Shown here: positions 10,629 through 19,323 of the stretch, in pieces
Numbering within the stretch: the stretch's first letter is position 1
How the letters are laid out: every line of letters starts with the position of its first letter
Assembly (NCBI GenBank): GCA_965644315.1
Contig: CBFFRQ010000056.1
Coordinates: 62,001 to 126,000, forward strand
Direction: 5' to 3'
From: Caecitellus pseudoparvulus
Taxonomy: Eukaryota > Protista > Bigyra: Bicosoecida
Length of the DNA: 64,000 nt
Program-made: the position numbers and the translations under genes
Notes under the pieces: model-generated
The model's input: only the letters and a program-made list of their open reading frames with translations
Database searches by the model: none
Told to the model about the DNA's origin: nothing

Positions 10629-13600
10629 ATGGCTTCGGGGCAGGATGCCTGCGCCGCGGCCGGTGCCTCGCCCTTTGAATCCACTGCCTGGCTGGCGCTC
10701 ACGGACGGCGTCCCATACCCAAGCAGGGCAGGAAGTAGGCGTGCAGTGGCAGTGTTGGCAAATGCAGGCGAGGCTAGGCATGCAGCGTGCTTGGAAGATG
10801 CGCGCTTGCAGTGCTGCGCAAGCGCCAGCGGCAGCGACGTCCGGGAAGTTGGCACGTCGTTCGCGGCCATGAATGAGTCCTCCTCCACGCTGACCTTCCA
10901 CGCGGCAGGGCCGATGTGGCTGCAGACCATCGCGGTTCTACCACCCCCTGGAGCGACCTTCAACCTGCAGCTCCAGACGCACATTCAAGTGGCCACAGGC
11001 TGGGAGCAGCACCAGTTTCCGCACCTTGTGCGCTGGCAGAGCGCGAAGCACGGCATAGTGACCTGGAGAAAGTTGCATTTGACTGAAGTATCATGTCAAG
11101 TGTATGCATTTCCCTCCGAGGCCGCAGGGCGGAGTGTCTTTCTTGCCGACTTGGAGTTCCCATTGCTTGCTAGCGCCGCAAGGCTGTGTTTGCGCGGCAT
11201 CGCTGCTGATGTTGCCCAAGCAAGCATCCAGCAAGCCGCCCTCCTGGGCAGACACTGCACTGCAGATGACAGCGTGCCTTTCATGCTGCTCTGGGAGCCC
11301 CACACTCAGGCTGACGTGTGGAGTGGGGGAAGCGGAGGCTTCGTGCTGACTGCCCTTCATGGATGCCTGCGACTGGCATGTGCGGCAGCTCCAGGCCCAT
11401 GCTGTGCCGTGCAGGTCGGCAAGCGTGGACTCCAACTGATTGGACGGACCCCCGCGGCACCGGTGCCGCGCCTTGAGGCGCACATGAAGGCCTGCTTCCC
11501 CGCCATGCCTGCCGAGGCCCGTGCCGCTCTGTGCCGTGCGCTGCTGCGCTCTGTTCAGGCAAAGCTGTCAGATGTGGCGGGGAAGACATTCGATGAGGAT
11601 CGAAGTGAGCTAGAAGTCGCGGCAGCCATGTCCCTGCCGAGCCTTGACCGCCTGCCCTGGCCGGTCGAGATCACGTGCACGACAGGTTCAAGCAACCTGC
11701 CCAGGATGCCAAGCGGCAATGAGGGTCACAGCCCAATCCTCACCCTCCCATACCACAGTTTCGAACAGCTGCTCCAAGATGCTTCCTTGCTGCAGACTGT
11801 GGCTGACCTTCGGCGGGCCTGCGCGGTTGAGGCTGTAAAGCCATGTACTCACAAGCCCTTCACCCTGCTCTGCCACGACGGCGGCCCCATGGTGTACAAA
11901 GAAGACTGTGTGGCTGCTGCGGTGCCGAAAGATCGCAGCATGTCACCTGCAGCTTGGCCTGATGATGATGACGCGTCAAGCCTGGGCCACCCCATGGACC
12001 GCAGCGAGATGGCGCTGCCCTACCACCTGGGAAGTGCAAGGGAATGGGCCTGCATCGACGTCCTGAACATCTTCAGCCACTTTCGCGTGACAGTGCCCCC
12101 AGCAACCTGGATCCAAGCAGCGCACCGCAACGGTGTGGCAGTGTATGGGACCCTCATCACAGAGTGGGAGGCCGGCGCAGCTGACACGTGTGCCCTCTTG
12201 CATCCGGCCACTGGCAAGGAAATCGCCCTACGCCTCGCCGCACTCATGCTCAAACAGGGTTTTCAGGGCTGGCTTGTGAATTTAGAGGCGCCCCTTCCCG
12301 ACGAGGACCAGAGCACGGCCCTGCTGGCTTTCCTCAAGCACCTGCGAGTAGCCTGCGAGCGCGCAGCATCCACGCAGGCTTTTCCGAGCACCGGCATTTC
12401 CCCTGTCATTTGGTATGATTCCGTGTGCACTGACGGAAGGCTTCGATGGCAGTCGGCGTTGACTCCTGCCAACTCGCCCTTTGCTGCAGCGTGTGGAGAA
12501 GTGTTCCTTGACTACCACTGGGTTCCCCGGCACTTGGATGAGACGCTTGCCTTTCTATCCCAAGACACTGGCTGTGAGGGCCTTCAGCCCGAGAATGTTG
12601 CTGTGGGCATTGACGTCTTCGGCAGAGGTTGCTACAGCGGAGGCATGTGGAACACCCATCATGCCGTCCGAGCGGTGGCAGACAAGGGTCTCTCCGTCGC
12701 GCTCTTTGCGCCTGGCTGGCTGTACGAGTCGGGGGAAGCGGGAGGCTGCTTGTCTGTCTCCAGGTGGAAGGAAGCCAATGCCCTCTTCTGGGGCGCGCAG
12801 TTGCCCTCGCAACTGCGAACTCCTGACAAGCCCAGCCTTGAGCAGGCAGCTTCGCTGCAAGCCGCAGCGCCATCTGAGCGCTTGGCAGTGCCGTCACTCA
12901 TGCAAGGCTTGCCAACCAAGCAGGGCTCCTTGGTGCCCACTGCCATAGATGAGGTGTTGCCCTGGCATGCTTTGCACTGGGGAGGCCAAGGCTGGTCTGT
13001 GCAGTGGCCAGACGGCAAGCCGGTACTCCGATCCTCTCATGCTTGGAGTGCTGCAGGGTGCTTGCTGCATGTGCACTGCCCGCCTGGAGGGTGCACAGTG
13101 ACTCTCTCAGACACGGTGCGGGGCACGGGGCCAGATCCAAACGACCATGTCCACGTAGACGTGTGGCTATTTGAGGCAGGTGGTTGCGCAGCGAAGGATG
13201 TCGTACCGCTGGCGTTCGCGAGCACGCGGCAGCTAGCTGATCATCCGGCTGCACCGCATGCTCTTCAGATTTCTCCCTCAGCGGCCAGTCCCACCTGGTC
13301 GACTCCGCTGCCACCCCCAGATTCGGCTGGAGTGCCAGTGAGCGCGGAGTGGCGTGATGTTTCCTGCAGCATTGATGTACCGGCGCGACCGCGCGGCTGT
13401 GACTTGCTGTGGGTTCGATGGGCTCGTGACGCAGAGGGCTGGGCGGGCCACTATGGCGCAGAGTTCGGTGTGCTGAGCGCTCAGGCGTCACATCCAGAGG
13501 CACGCGTGGTCATCGCTCCGCCAGGGCATGCGCCGGGATTCCCGCAAGACATGAGCTCGCTGCGTGATGACCAGCGCCTTGCCCTGTCTGCGAGCACCCC

Positions 13601-14495
13601 GCAAGCTTGTAAGCTGGTACAGGCCCTCCCCCGAGCACCTCGACTCTTCCCGCGTGAATTGTGGACTTGTTTCAGCGCGGGTTGCGGAGAGGGAATGTGG
13701 TGTGCAGGAACACGGGTGCACTGCGCTCCCATCAATGCGCTCGGGTGTAGCACTGCAATGCCTGTGCCCGGTTGTGAGTTCCCAGGGCAATCCTTGAGCT
13801 GGGAGGTGTGCTACGACTCAGCATGGATGGGATGCAGCTGTTTGCAGATGCTGGTGACTAGCCCCTCAACAGGTACAGAGGGCACAGCGATGGTGGGCTT
13901 GCTCCCGCTGGCAGGAGGCGTCAACGCCGAAGTGCGCCTGGTGTGGCGTGCCTCGAAACTGGCCAGCCTGCGGCCACTATGGCTGGAGGAAGTAGGCGCC
14001 GGACACATCACGCCTAGTGCTGCAAGTAGCCCATTGTCAGTGGGCGGGGGCTGGCTAGAGACCAAAATGACGCTGCCGGCCGGTGAACAGGCTGGCTGGA
14101 TCGCAGTCCAAGCCAAGGGCCTGTCCCCCGGCGAGCGTTGTTGGGTTGGGGGGCTGAGCGTCGCCCCCCAAGGAAGCAACATGGGGACCCATCACTCTGT
14201 CGCTGCATGTGGTGCCGAGCTCTTCACCCCCGCAGGCCTGAACACGTGGAAACTGCCCCGAGACAGTCCGCCAACATGCTTGCTGGGCATCGCCACTGTC
14301 GGCTGCTTCACGGTGTGGGTGTCGCCCCTCTCAGGCACTGGTGCAGGGAGCAGCGACACGCAGTGGCAGTGGGTGAATTGGCAGGTGGCAGACCCTAGCG
14401 GCGTGACACCTCTGTACGTTGGGCCTGGCTGTCTCTTCAGCACAGGCATAGCACCAGACACAGACGTGCTGGTCCAGGTGCGGCACCACACGTGA
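10629..14495 (+). CDS. ENGASE: Cytosolic endo-beta-N-acetylglucosaminidase (GH85) with extra domains
   Basis: LLCHD, FSHFRVTVPPATWIQAAHRNGV, GTLITEW, catalytic GWLVNLE, VIWYDSV, VGIDVFGRG, SVALFAPGWLYE. Confidence 0.9.
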   Translation: MASGQDACAAAGASPFESTAWLALTDGVPYPSRAGSRRAVAVLANAGEARHAACLEDARLQCCASASGSDVREVGTSFAAMNESSSTLTFHAAGPMWLQTIAVLPPPGATFNLQLQTHIQVATGWEQHQFPHLVRWQSAKHGIVTWRKLHLTEVSCQVYAFPSEAAGRSVFLADLEFPLLASAARLCLRGIAADVAQASIQQAALLGRHCTADDSVPFMLLWEPHTQADVWSGGSGGFVLTALHGCLRLACAAAPGPCCAVQVGKRGLQLIGRTPAAPVPRLEAHMKACFPAMPAEARAALCRALLRSVQAKLSDVAGKTFDEDRSELEVAAAMSLPSLDRLPWPVEITCTTGSSNLPRMPSGNEGHSPILTLPYHSFEQLLQDASLLQTVADLRRACAVEAVKPCTHKPFTLLCHDGGPMVYKEDCVAAAVPKDRSMSPAAWPDDDDASSLGHPMDRSEMALPYHLGSAREWACIDVLNIFSHFRVTVPPATWIQAAHRNGVAVYGTLITEWEAGAADTCALLHPATGKEIALRLAALMLKQGFQGWLVNLEAPLPDEDQSTALLAFLKHLRVACERAASTQAFPSTGISPVIWYDSVCTDGRLRWQSALTPANSPFAAACGEVFLDYHWVPRHLDETLAFLSQDTGCEGLQPENVAVGIDVFGRGCYSGGMWNTHHAVRAVADKGLSVALFAPGWLYESGEAGGCLSVSRWKEANALFWGAQLPSQLRTPDKPSLEQAASLQAAAPSERLAVPSLMQGLPTKQGSLVPTAIDEVLPWHALHWGGQGWSVQWPDGKPVLRSSHAWSAAGCLLHVHCPPGGCTVTLSDTVRGTGPDPNDHVHVDVWLFEAGGCAAKDVVPLAFASTRQLADHPAAPHALQISPSAASPTWSTPLPPPDSAGVPVSAEWRDVSCSIDVPARPRGCDLLWVRWARDAEGWAGHYGAEFGVLSAQASHPEARVVIAPPGHAPGFPQDMSSLRDDQRLALSASTPQACKLVQALPRAPRLFPRELWTCFSAGCGEGMWCAGTRVHCAPINALGCSTAMPVPGCEFPGQSLSWEVCYDSAWMGCSCLQMLVTSPSTGTEGTAMVGLLPLAGGVNAEVRLVWRASKLASLRPLWLEEVGAGHITPSAASSPLSVGGGWLETKMTLPAGEQAGWIAVQAKGLSPGERCWVGGLSVAPQGSNMGTHHSVAACGAELFTPAGLNTWKLPRDSPPTCLLGIATVGCFTVWVSPLSGTGAGSSDTQWQWVNWQVADPSGVTPLYVGPGCLFSTGIAPDTDVLVQVRHHT

Positions 14496-14512
14496 TCACT
14501 GCCATCCAGCAT

Positions 14513-15916
14513 TCATTCAGCCACTGTCGAAGCCTCCTTCAGCCGCTCTGTCAGGCTGGCCAAGCTGGCTGCAGCAAGTTTCGGCGCCGCAGCAGCCTCC
14601 GCCCCCTGCGACACGGGTCCCTTGCCCTTGCCCCCCTTGCGCTTGCCGCTGCCCTTCTTGCCAGGCTTCCCCTGCTGTCCTGCCGGCGCTGCAGAGCCGC
14701 GCTGGGCACCGACCTCGGCCTCCCCCTCCAACTTGGATGTGTCCAGCCCTGCGCCGCGCATGGCCCCCAGTGCCTTGGCGTGGCGCCTGTGCAGAGCGGC
14801 AAGTTCCGCCCCCAGGGCTTCGTTCTCAGCCTGCAACTGCTGCACAGAGGTCGCCAGGGCCGTCTGGGACGTAGACATGCCAGTGGCGATGAGGTCTTGC
14901 TGCTGGCGCACCGTGTGGCGCGCAGACTCCAACTGCTCCTTCTGCCCCTGCACAGTGCCCAGCAGCGTGGACAGGGCGGCAGCCAGGCGGAGGAGGTCCC
15001 CGTTCCCCAGCGGCACCGCCAGCGGCACTTGCACTGCCCCTGCACCACCACGTCCCTTCTCCGCAATGACAGCCTTGTGCGCGGCCGCGAGGCGGATGGC
15101 GTGCTGTGCTGACTCGGGCAGCAGCGCCAGCGCCGCAGAAGAAATGCCAGGCAGGTCACCCTGCAGCGGCTGGATGTTCTCTCGCGAGCGGTCGTACCCC
15201 ACATCTCCGCGTGCTGCAGCCTGCAGATCAATCTCTGAAGCTGCCTCTGCGGCGCGGTCAGCTGCCTGCGCCCTGCGCAGCTCCTGCTGCACGAGGCTAT
15301 CGGCAGACAGGCCAGGCGGAGCTTTGCTGCCGCCTGCCACGGCAACAACTTTCCCGCCAACCACCGCCACGCCATCTGATAGTGCACGCAAGCCGGGAGG
15401 GGTATGAGTATCGCCCCCTGTCTCCTGGCTCTGCAGGTGCTGCGCCAGGGTGACCTGACTGCGCCCCTTGCGGGACTTCTTCTTGCGCCCGCCCTTGCCT
15501 GCGGAAGTTGGACCTGCCTCCTTCCAGACGGCAGCGACGTCAGCGGCTGTAGCAGTGCGCAAGGACTCTTGCAGCGCTGCCTCCATGTCTTCTGCATATT
15601 GCGCTGTGCGTCGGGCGGCAACCTCCCGCTCTTGAGCAGGGGTTGGGGCTGTGGGGACTCGGCGTGGTGGCGCTGGCTGAGGTGCTGGTTCCTGCTTTGG
15701 AGTTTCGGCTGACGTGCCAGCCGCTTGCTTCTTCCCCTTCTTTTTGCCCTTGCGCTTCTGACCTGTGCTGGAGGTGAATGCGAGGGAACGCAGGTCTGAC
15801 GCCCCGCCCTTTCCCTTGCCACGCTTGCCGCCCTGTTGACGGCCAGACGGGCCTGCCTGGATCGCTGGGCCTTCCTCGTCAGAGGAGGACTCGACAAATG
15901 CTCCGAAAGCGCTCAT
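14513..15916 (-). CDS. Lys-rich coiled-coil protein, GKAP1-like
   Basis: MSAFGAFVESSSDEE, DLRSLAF, YAEDMEAALQES, basic tracts and a C-terminal coiled coil. Confidence 0.6.
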   Translation of the reverse strand: MSAFGAFVESSSDEEGPAIQAGPSGRQQGGKRGKGKGGASDLRSLAFTSSTGQKRKGKKKGKKQAAGTSAETPKQEPAPQPAPPRRVPTAPTPAQEREVAARRTAQYAEDMEAALQESLRTATAADVAAVWKEAGPTSAGKGGRKKKSRKGRSQVTLAQHLQSQETGGDTHTPPGLRALSDGVAVVGGKVVAVAGGSKAPPGLSADSLVQQELRRAQAADRAAEAASEIDLQAAARGDVGYDRSRENIQPLQGDLPGISSAALALLPESAQHAIRLAAAHKAVIAEKGRGGAGAVQVPLAVPLGNGDLLRLAAALSTLLGTVQGQKEQLESARHTVRQQQDLIATGMSTSQTALATSVQQLQAENEALGAELAALHRRHAKALGAMRGAGLDTSKLEGEAEVGAQRGSAAPAGQQGKPGKKGSGKRKGGKGKGPVSQGAEAAAAPKLAAASLASLTERLKEASTVAE

Positions 15917-16281
15917 GCTGGAGGGCGGGGGAGGTGCAACGAGGGTACCACAGGCAACTGGTGCAGACAGAGCACACATTCGACCGTGTATTGACGAGGA
16001 TGGTTTGAAATGTGCCAGGAGACGTCAACCGCGAGCAATTGTGCGGGGAGCAAAAGCACCAGTCGAATCCAAGCCCCCGCAAACCTATACCACTAGAAGC
16101 AGCTGGCGCTTCGCAAGTACTTTCAATCCCCTGCCCGATCAGGCATCCTGCTTCATCGCACGTGTGCGACGATGCTGCCTCGCTCAACTTTGAACAAGGC
16201 GCGTCAACAGTCTCCTTGCGCACAGCGGAAATTGGTGCTGTGCCTGCAGGTACCTCCTTAGCGCGACCGCTTTCGCCGAAC

Positions 16282-19266
16282 ATGGCCCAGTCTAGCTCGG
16301 CAGGGGACTCCGTCGTCAGCCAAGACTCAGCTGCAGTGCAGCCCCCCTCCCTTGGGGCTTTTCACGATGTCATCTTGAGTGACGTCAAAGCGGCCGATGC
16401 GCTGGTGGTCATGTCTCCGGGGCTGGGCATGCTGCACGCCGTGTGCAGGTTTGCCCAGCCACACTGCAAGCGTGTGCGGGGCAAGGCTGTCTTCCTGCTG
16501 AATGCCATTCCCCACCAACGCGGGATCGCAGAGGTGCTGGAAGCGTCGGGCGTGCCCCCCGAGCAATTGCCCGTTGTGCTCACCAACGAGGCCGGCTCCA
16601 GCGGCAGGCGCGCAACGTACGAAGCTGGCGGCGTCATCATCGTCACGTCTCGCATCCTTGTCGTGGATCTCCTCATGGGGCGCCTGCCCCCCTCCGCTGC
16701 CCACGCCATGGTCGTGCTGGATGCCCACCGCGTAGGTGACACATCCACAGAGGCCTTCATCCTGCGCATGTTCAAGGCAGGCAACCCGGCCGGGCAGGTA
16801 AAGGGCTTCTCCGAAGACCCTGAGGCCATGGCCGCAGGCTTCAACCGCCTGGAGAAGCTCATGCAGGTGCTGCACGTGCGCAAGCTGTCAGCCTGGCCGC
16901 GCATTCGCGTGGAGGTGGCACGGCTCCTGCAAAGCAGCCAAGCCGACGCCGTGAATGTGTCACAGCCCCTGACCCCAGACATGCACACGATGCAGGTGGC
17001 CATCGTGCAAGCCATGGATGCGTGCCTGGCAGAGCTGCGCAAGGCGCCTGCGGTGGACTTGTCGGGGCTGAGCTTGGAGAAGGGCATGACGGACAACTTC
17101 GACAGAGCCGTGCGCAGGCAGCTGGAACCGGTGTGGAATAAGGTGTCCCCGCGCCTCAAGGGCCTTGTTGGGGAGCTCAAGACGCTGAGGCAGCTCCTGT
17201 CTTACCTTCTGCGCTACGACGCGGTGACTTTCTACACCTACTTAGAAACACTCCACACGGCTGCGCGCTTCAGCCCTGCTCCAGCCAGCTGGATGCTCAC
17301 CAGTGAAGGGGATGAGCTGTTCACGACGGGCAAGCGCCGCATGTTCACAATCGTACGCAGCGACACTCGACCGGCTGATGTGCAGCCGAGCCAGGAGGAG
17401 CCCTTCGCGGGGCTGTGGGTGCAGCACACCTCCACGAACGCAGGTGTGCCGCCTGCAGCCTGCTTCGTGCGCCTGGAAGTGAACCTGCAGCCGAACCCTA
17501 AGTGGATTGCGCTGTGCGAAATCTTGCATGAGGTTCAGAACCACTGGGTGGAGGCGTTCGCGACGGCGCGCACACCTGGGGGGCCAGTGCGCGCTGATGT
17601 GAACACTGGCGCGGCAGTGCTAGTCGTCGTGAAGGATGAACGCTGCGCTGCGCAGCTTTCAGAGGTGCTGCGTGTGGGCCACCGCACCTTCCTCATGAAC
17701 AAGTGGAAGGCTTGGCTGCTCGCCTACGGAGCCCGCACTGCCACCCTTCGGGAAGCTTACATGGCCGCGAAGGAGGCGGCACTTTCAGGGCAGGACTCCG
17801 AGGCAGTCCCCGTCACTGCAGAGCAGCTGCTGCTTTGGGAAGCCTTGGCGCGCCTGCAAGGAGTGGGCGCAGTGACCGCAAGCCAAGCTCCCGGCCATCG
17901 GCCGCCTGGCGCGCTGCACAGGCTTAACTTGCACATCGCCCCGCTCGCTCACTTGCAGGCGCAGCCCGTGCTGCTGACAGACCTGCGCCCGACCTTTGTC
18001 GTGGCATACGATCCTGATCCCTGGCTGACACGCACGTTGGAAGTGTACAAGGCGTGTTTCGCGCCCACCCGCCCCTTGCGGGTGTTCTACGTGCTGCACC
18101 AGAACAGCGTGGAGGAGCACGCCTACACTGCCAGCTTGAAGCGGGAGGAGAATGCCTTTGAGAACCTCATCCGCGCCAAGGCTCACATGGCCCTGCCTGC
18201 GCAGAGCACTGTGAGCACGGCACAGCTGACCGCCGGCTCGGGTGCCGCACAGTCTGCTGCCGCCGCGGTGGCTGCCTCACACCACGGACGCACATCCCAC
18301 AAGCGCACAGCCATCACGGGCTCTGGCTTTGCTGACGAGTGGGCGGAAGCAGGGCGTACCTCCATTTACAGTGCCGACTCACGAGGAGGGGGGGCAAGGG
18401 TGGGCCCTGGCGTCGTGGGCTTGCTGGGCGTGAAGGACGAGGGCCGGAGGGACATCATCGTGGACATGCGGGAGTTCCGGTCCAAGTTGCCTTCGCTCCT
18501 GCACGCCGCAGGGCTGAAGATCCACCCCATCACCCTCACCGTGGGGGACTTCGTCCTGTCCCCTGAAGTCTGCGTCGAGCGCAAGTCTGTGCCCGACCTG
18601 TACGGCTCCTTCGCCTCTGGGCGGCTGTTCACCCAGGCCACAGCCATGACGCGAGCGTACCAGCGGCCCGTCCTGCTCATCGAATTCGACATGAGCCGCC
18701 CCTTCGCGCTCATGAACACGCCCACTCTGCCTGCCGACATCGAAGCCAGCCACATCATCTCCAAGATCGTCCTGCTCACGCGGCACTTCCCCTCCCTGCG
18801 CCTCATGTGGTCGCGCTCCCCCCACGCGACGGTGGACTCCTTCATGGCCCTCAAGCAACGCATGCAAGAGCCAGACGCCGAGACAGCTGCTGCGATTGGG
18901 ACAGAGGCTGAGGAGCGCGCGTCAGACACGAGCTCTGCGGCAGCGGCGCGGGTGGAGACTGCGACGCGCAATGATGCGGCCATTGACGTGCTGCGCACGC
19001 TGCCAGGTGTGACAGCGGGCAATGTGCAGACCATCCTCAGCCACGTGGACTCCTTGGCCGAGCTGTGTGTGCTGCCGCTGCACACGCTGCAGGCCATCAT
19101 GGGCAAGGGACACGGCAGCCAGCTGCACGCCTTCCTGCACCGAGGTCGCAGCGAGGGCCAGGACGAAGCAGAAGGCAAGGTTGGCGGGGCGGGCGGACTG
19201 CACACCTTCTTCAACCCCGCCATGGCCGCTCAGCGTGACGAGGAGCAGACTGGGGCGCATGCCTGA
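16282..19266 (+). CDS. ERCC4: DNA repair endonuclease XPF/Rad1
   Basis: VTSRILVVDLL, EAFILR, IIVDMREFRSKLP, VGDFVLSPEVCVERKSVPDL (nuclease motif) and a C-terminal HhH2 region. Confidence 0.96.
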   Translation: MAQSSSAGDSVVSQDSAAVQPPSLGAFHDVILSDVKAADALVVMSPGLGMLHAVCRFAQPHCKRVRGKAVFLLNAIPHQRGIAEVLEASGVPPEQLPVVLTNEAGSSGRRATYEAGGVIIVTSRILVVDLLMGRLPPSAAHAMVVLDAHRVGDTSTEAFILRMFKAGNPAGQVKGFSEDPEAMAAGFNRLEKLMQVLHVRKLSAWPRIRVEVARLLQSSQADAVNVSQPLTPDMHTMQVAIVQAMDACLAELRKAPAVDLSGLSLEKGMTDNFDRAVRRQLEPVWNKVSPRLKGLVGELKTLRQLLSYLLRYDAVTFYTYLETLHTAARFSPAPASWMLTSEGDELFTTGKRRMFTIVRSDTRPADVQPSQEEPFAGLWVQHTSTNAGVPPAACFVRLEVNLQPNPKWIALCEILHEVQNHWVEAFATARTPGGPVRADVNTGAAVLVVVKDERCAAQLSEVLRVGHRTFLMNKWKAWLLAYGARTATLREAYMAAKEAALSGQDSEAVPVTAEQLLLWEALARLQGVGAVTASQAPGHRPPGALHRLNLHIAPLAHLQAQPVLLTDLRPTFVVAYDPDPWLTRTLEVYKACFAPTRPLRVFYVLHQNSVEEHAYTASLKREENAFENLIRAKAHMALPAQSTVSTAQLTAGSGAAQSAAAAVAASHHGRTSHKRTAITGSGFADEWAEAGRTSIYSADSRGGGARVGPGVVGLLGVKDEGRRDIIVDMREFRSKLPSLLHAAGLKIHPITLTVGDFVLSPEVCVERKSVPDLYGSFASGRLFTQATAMTRAYQRPVLLIEFDMSRPFALMNTPTLPADIEASHIISKIVLLTRHFPSLRLMWSRSPHATVDSFMALKQRMQEPDAETAAAIGTEAEERASDTSSAAAARVETATRNDAAIDVLRTLPGVTAGNVQTILSHVDSLAELCVLPLHTLQAIMGKGHGSQLHAFLHRGRSEGQDEAEGKVGGAGGLHTFFNPAMAAQRDEEQTGAHA

Positions 19267-19323
19267 CTCGCCCGCCATCCTCCACAGCACAATCCATGCA
19301 TGCATTGTGCTGTTTGGCACCTC

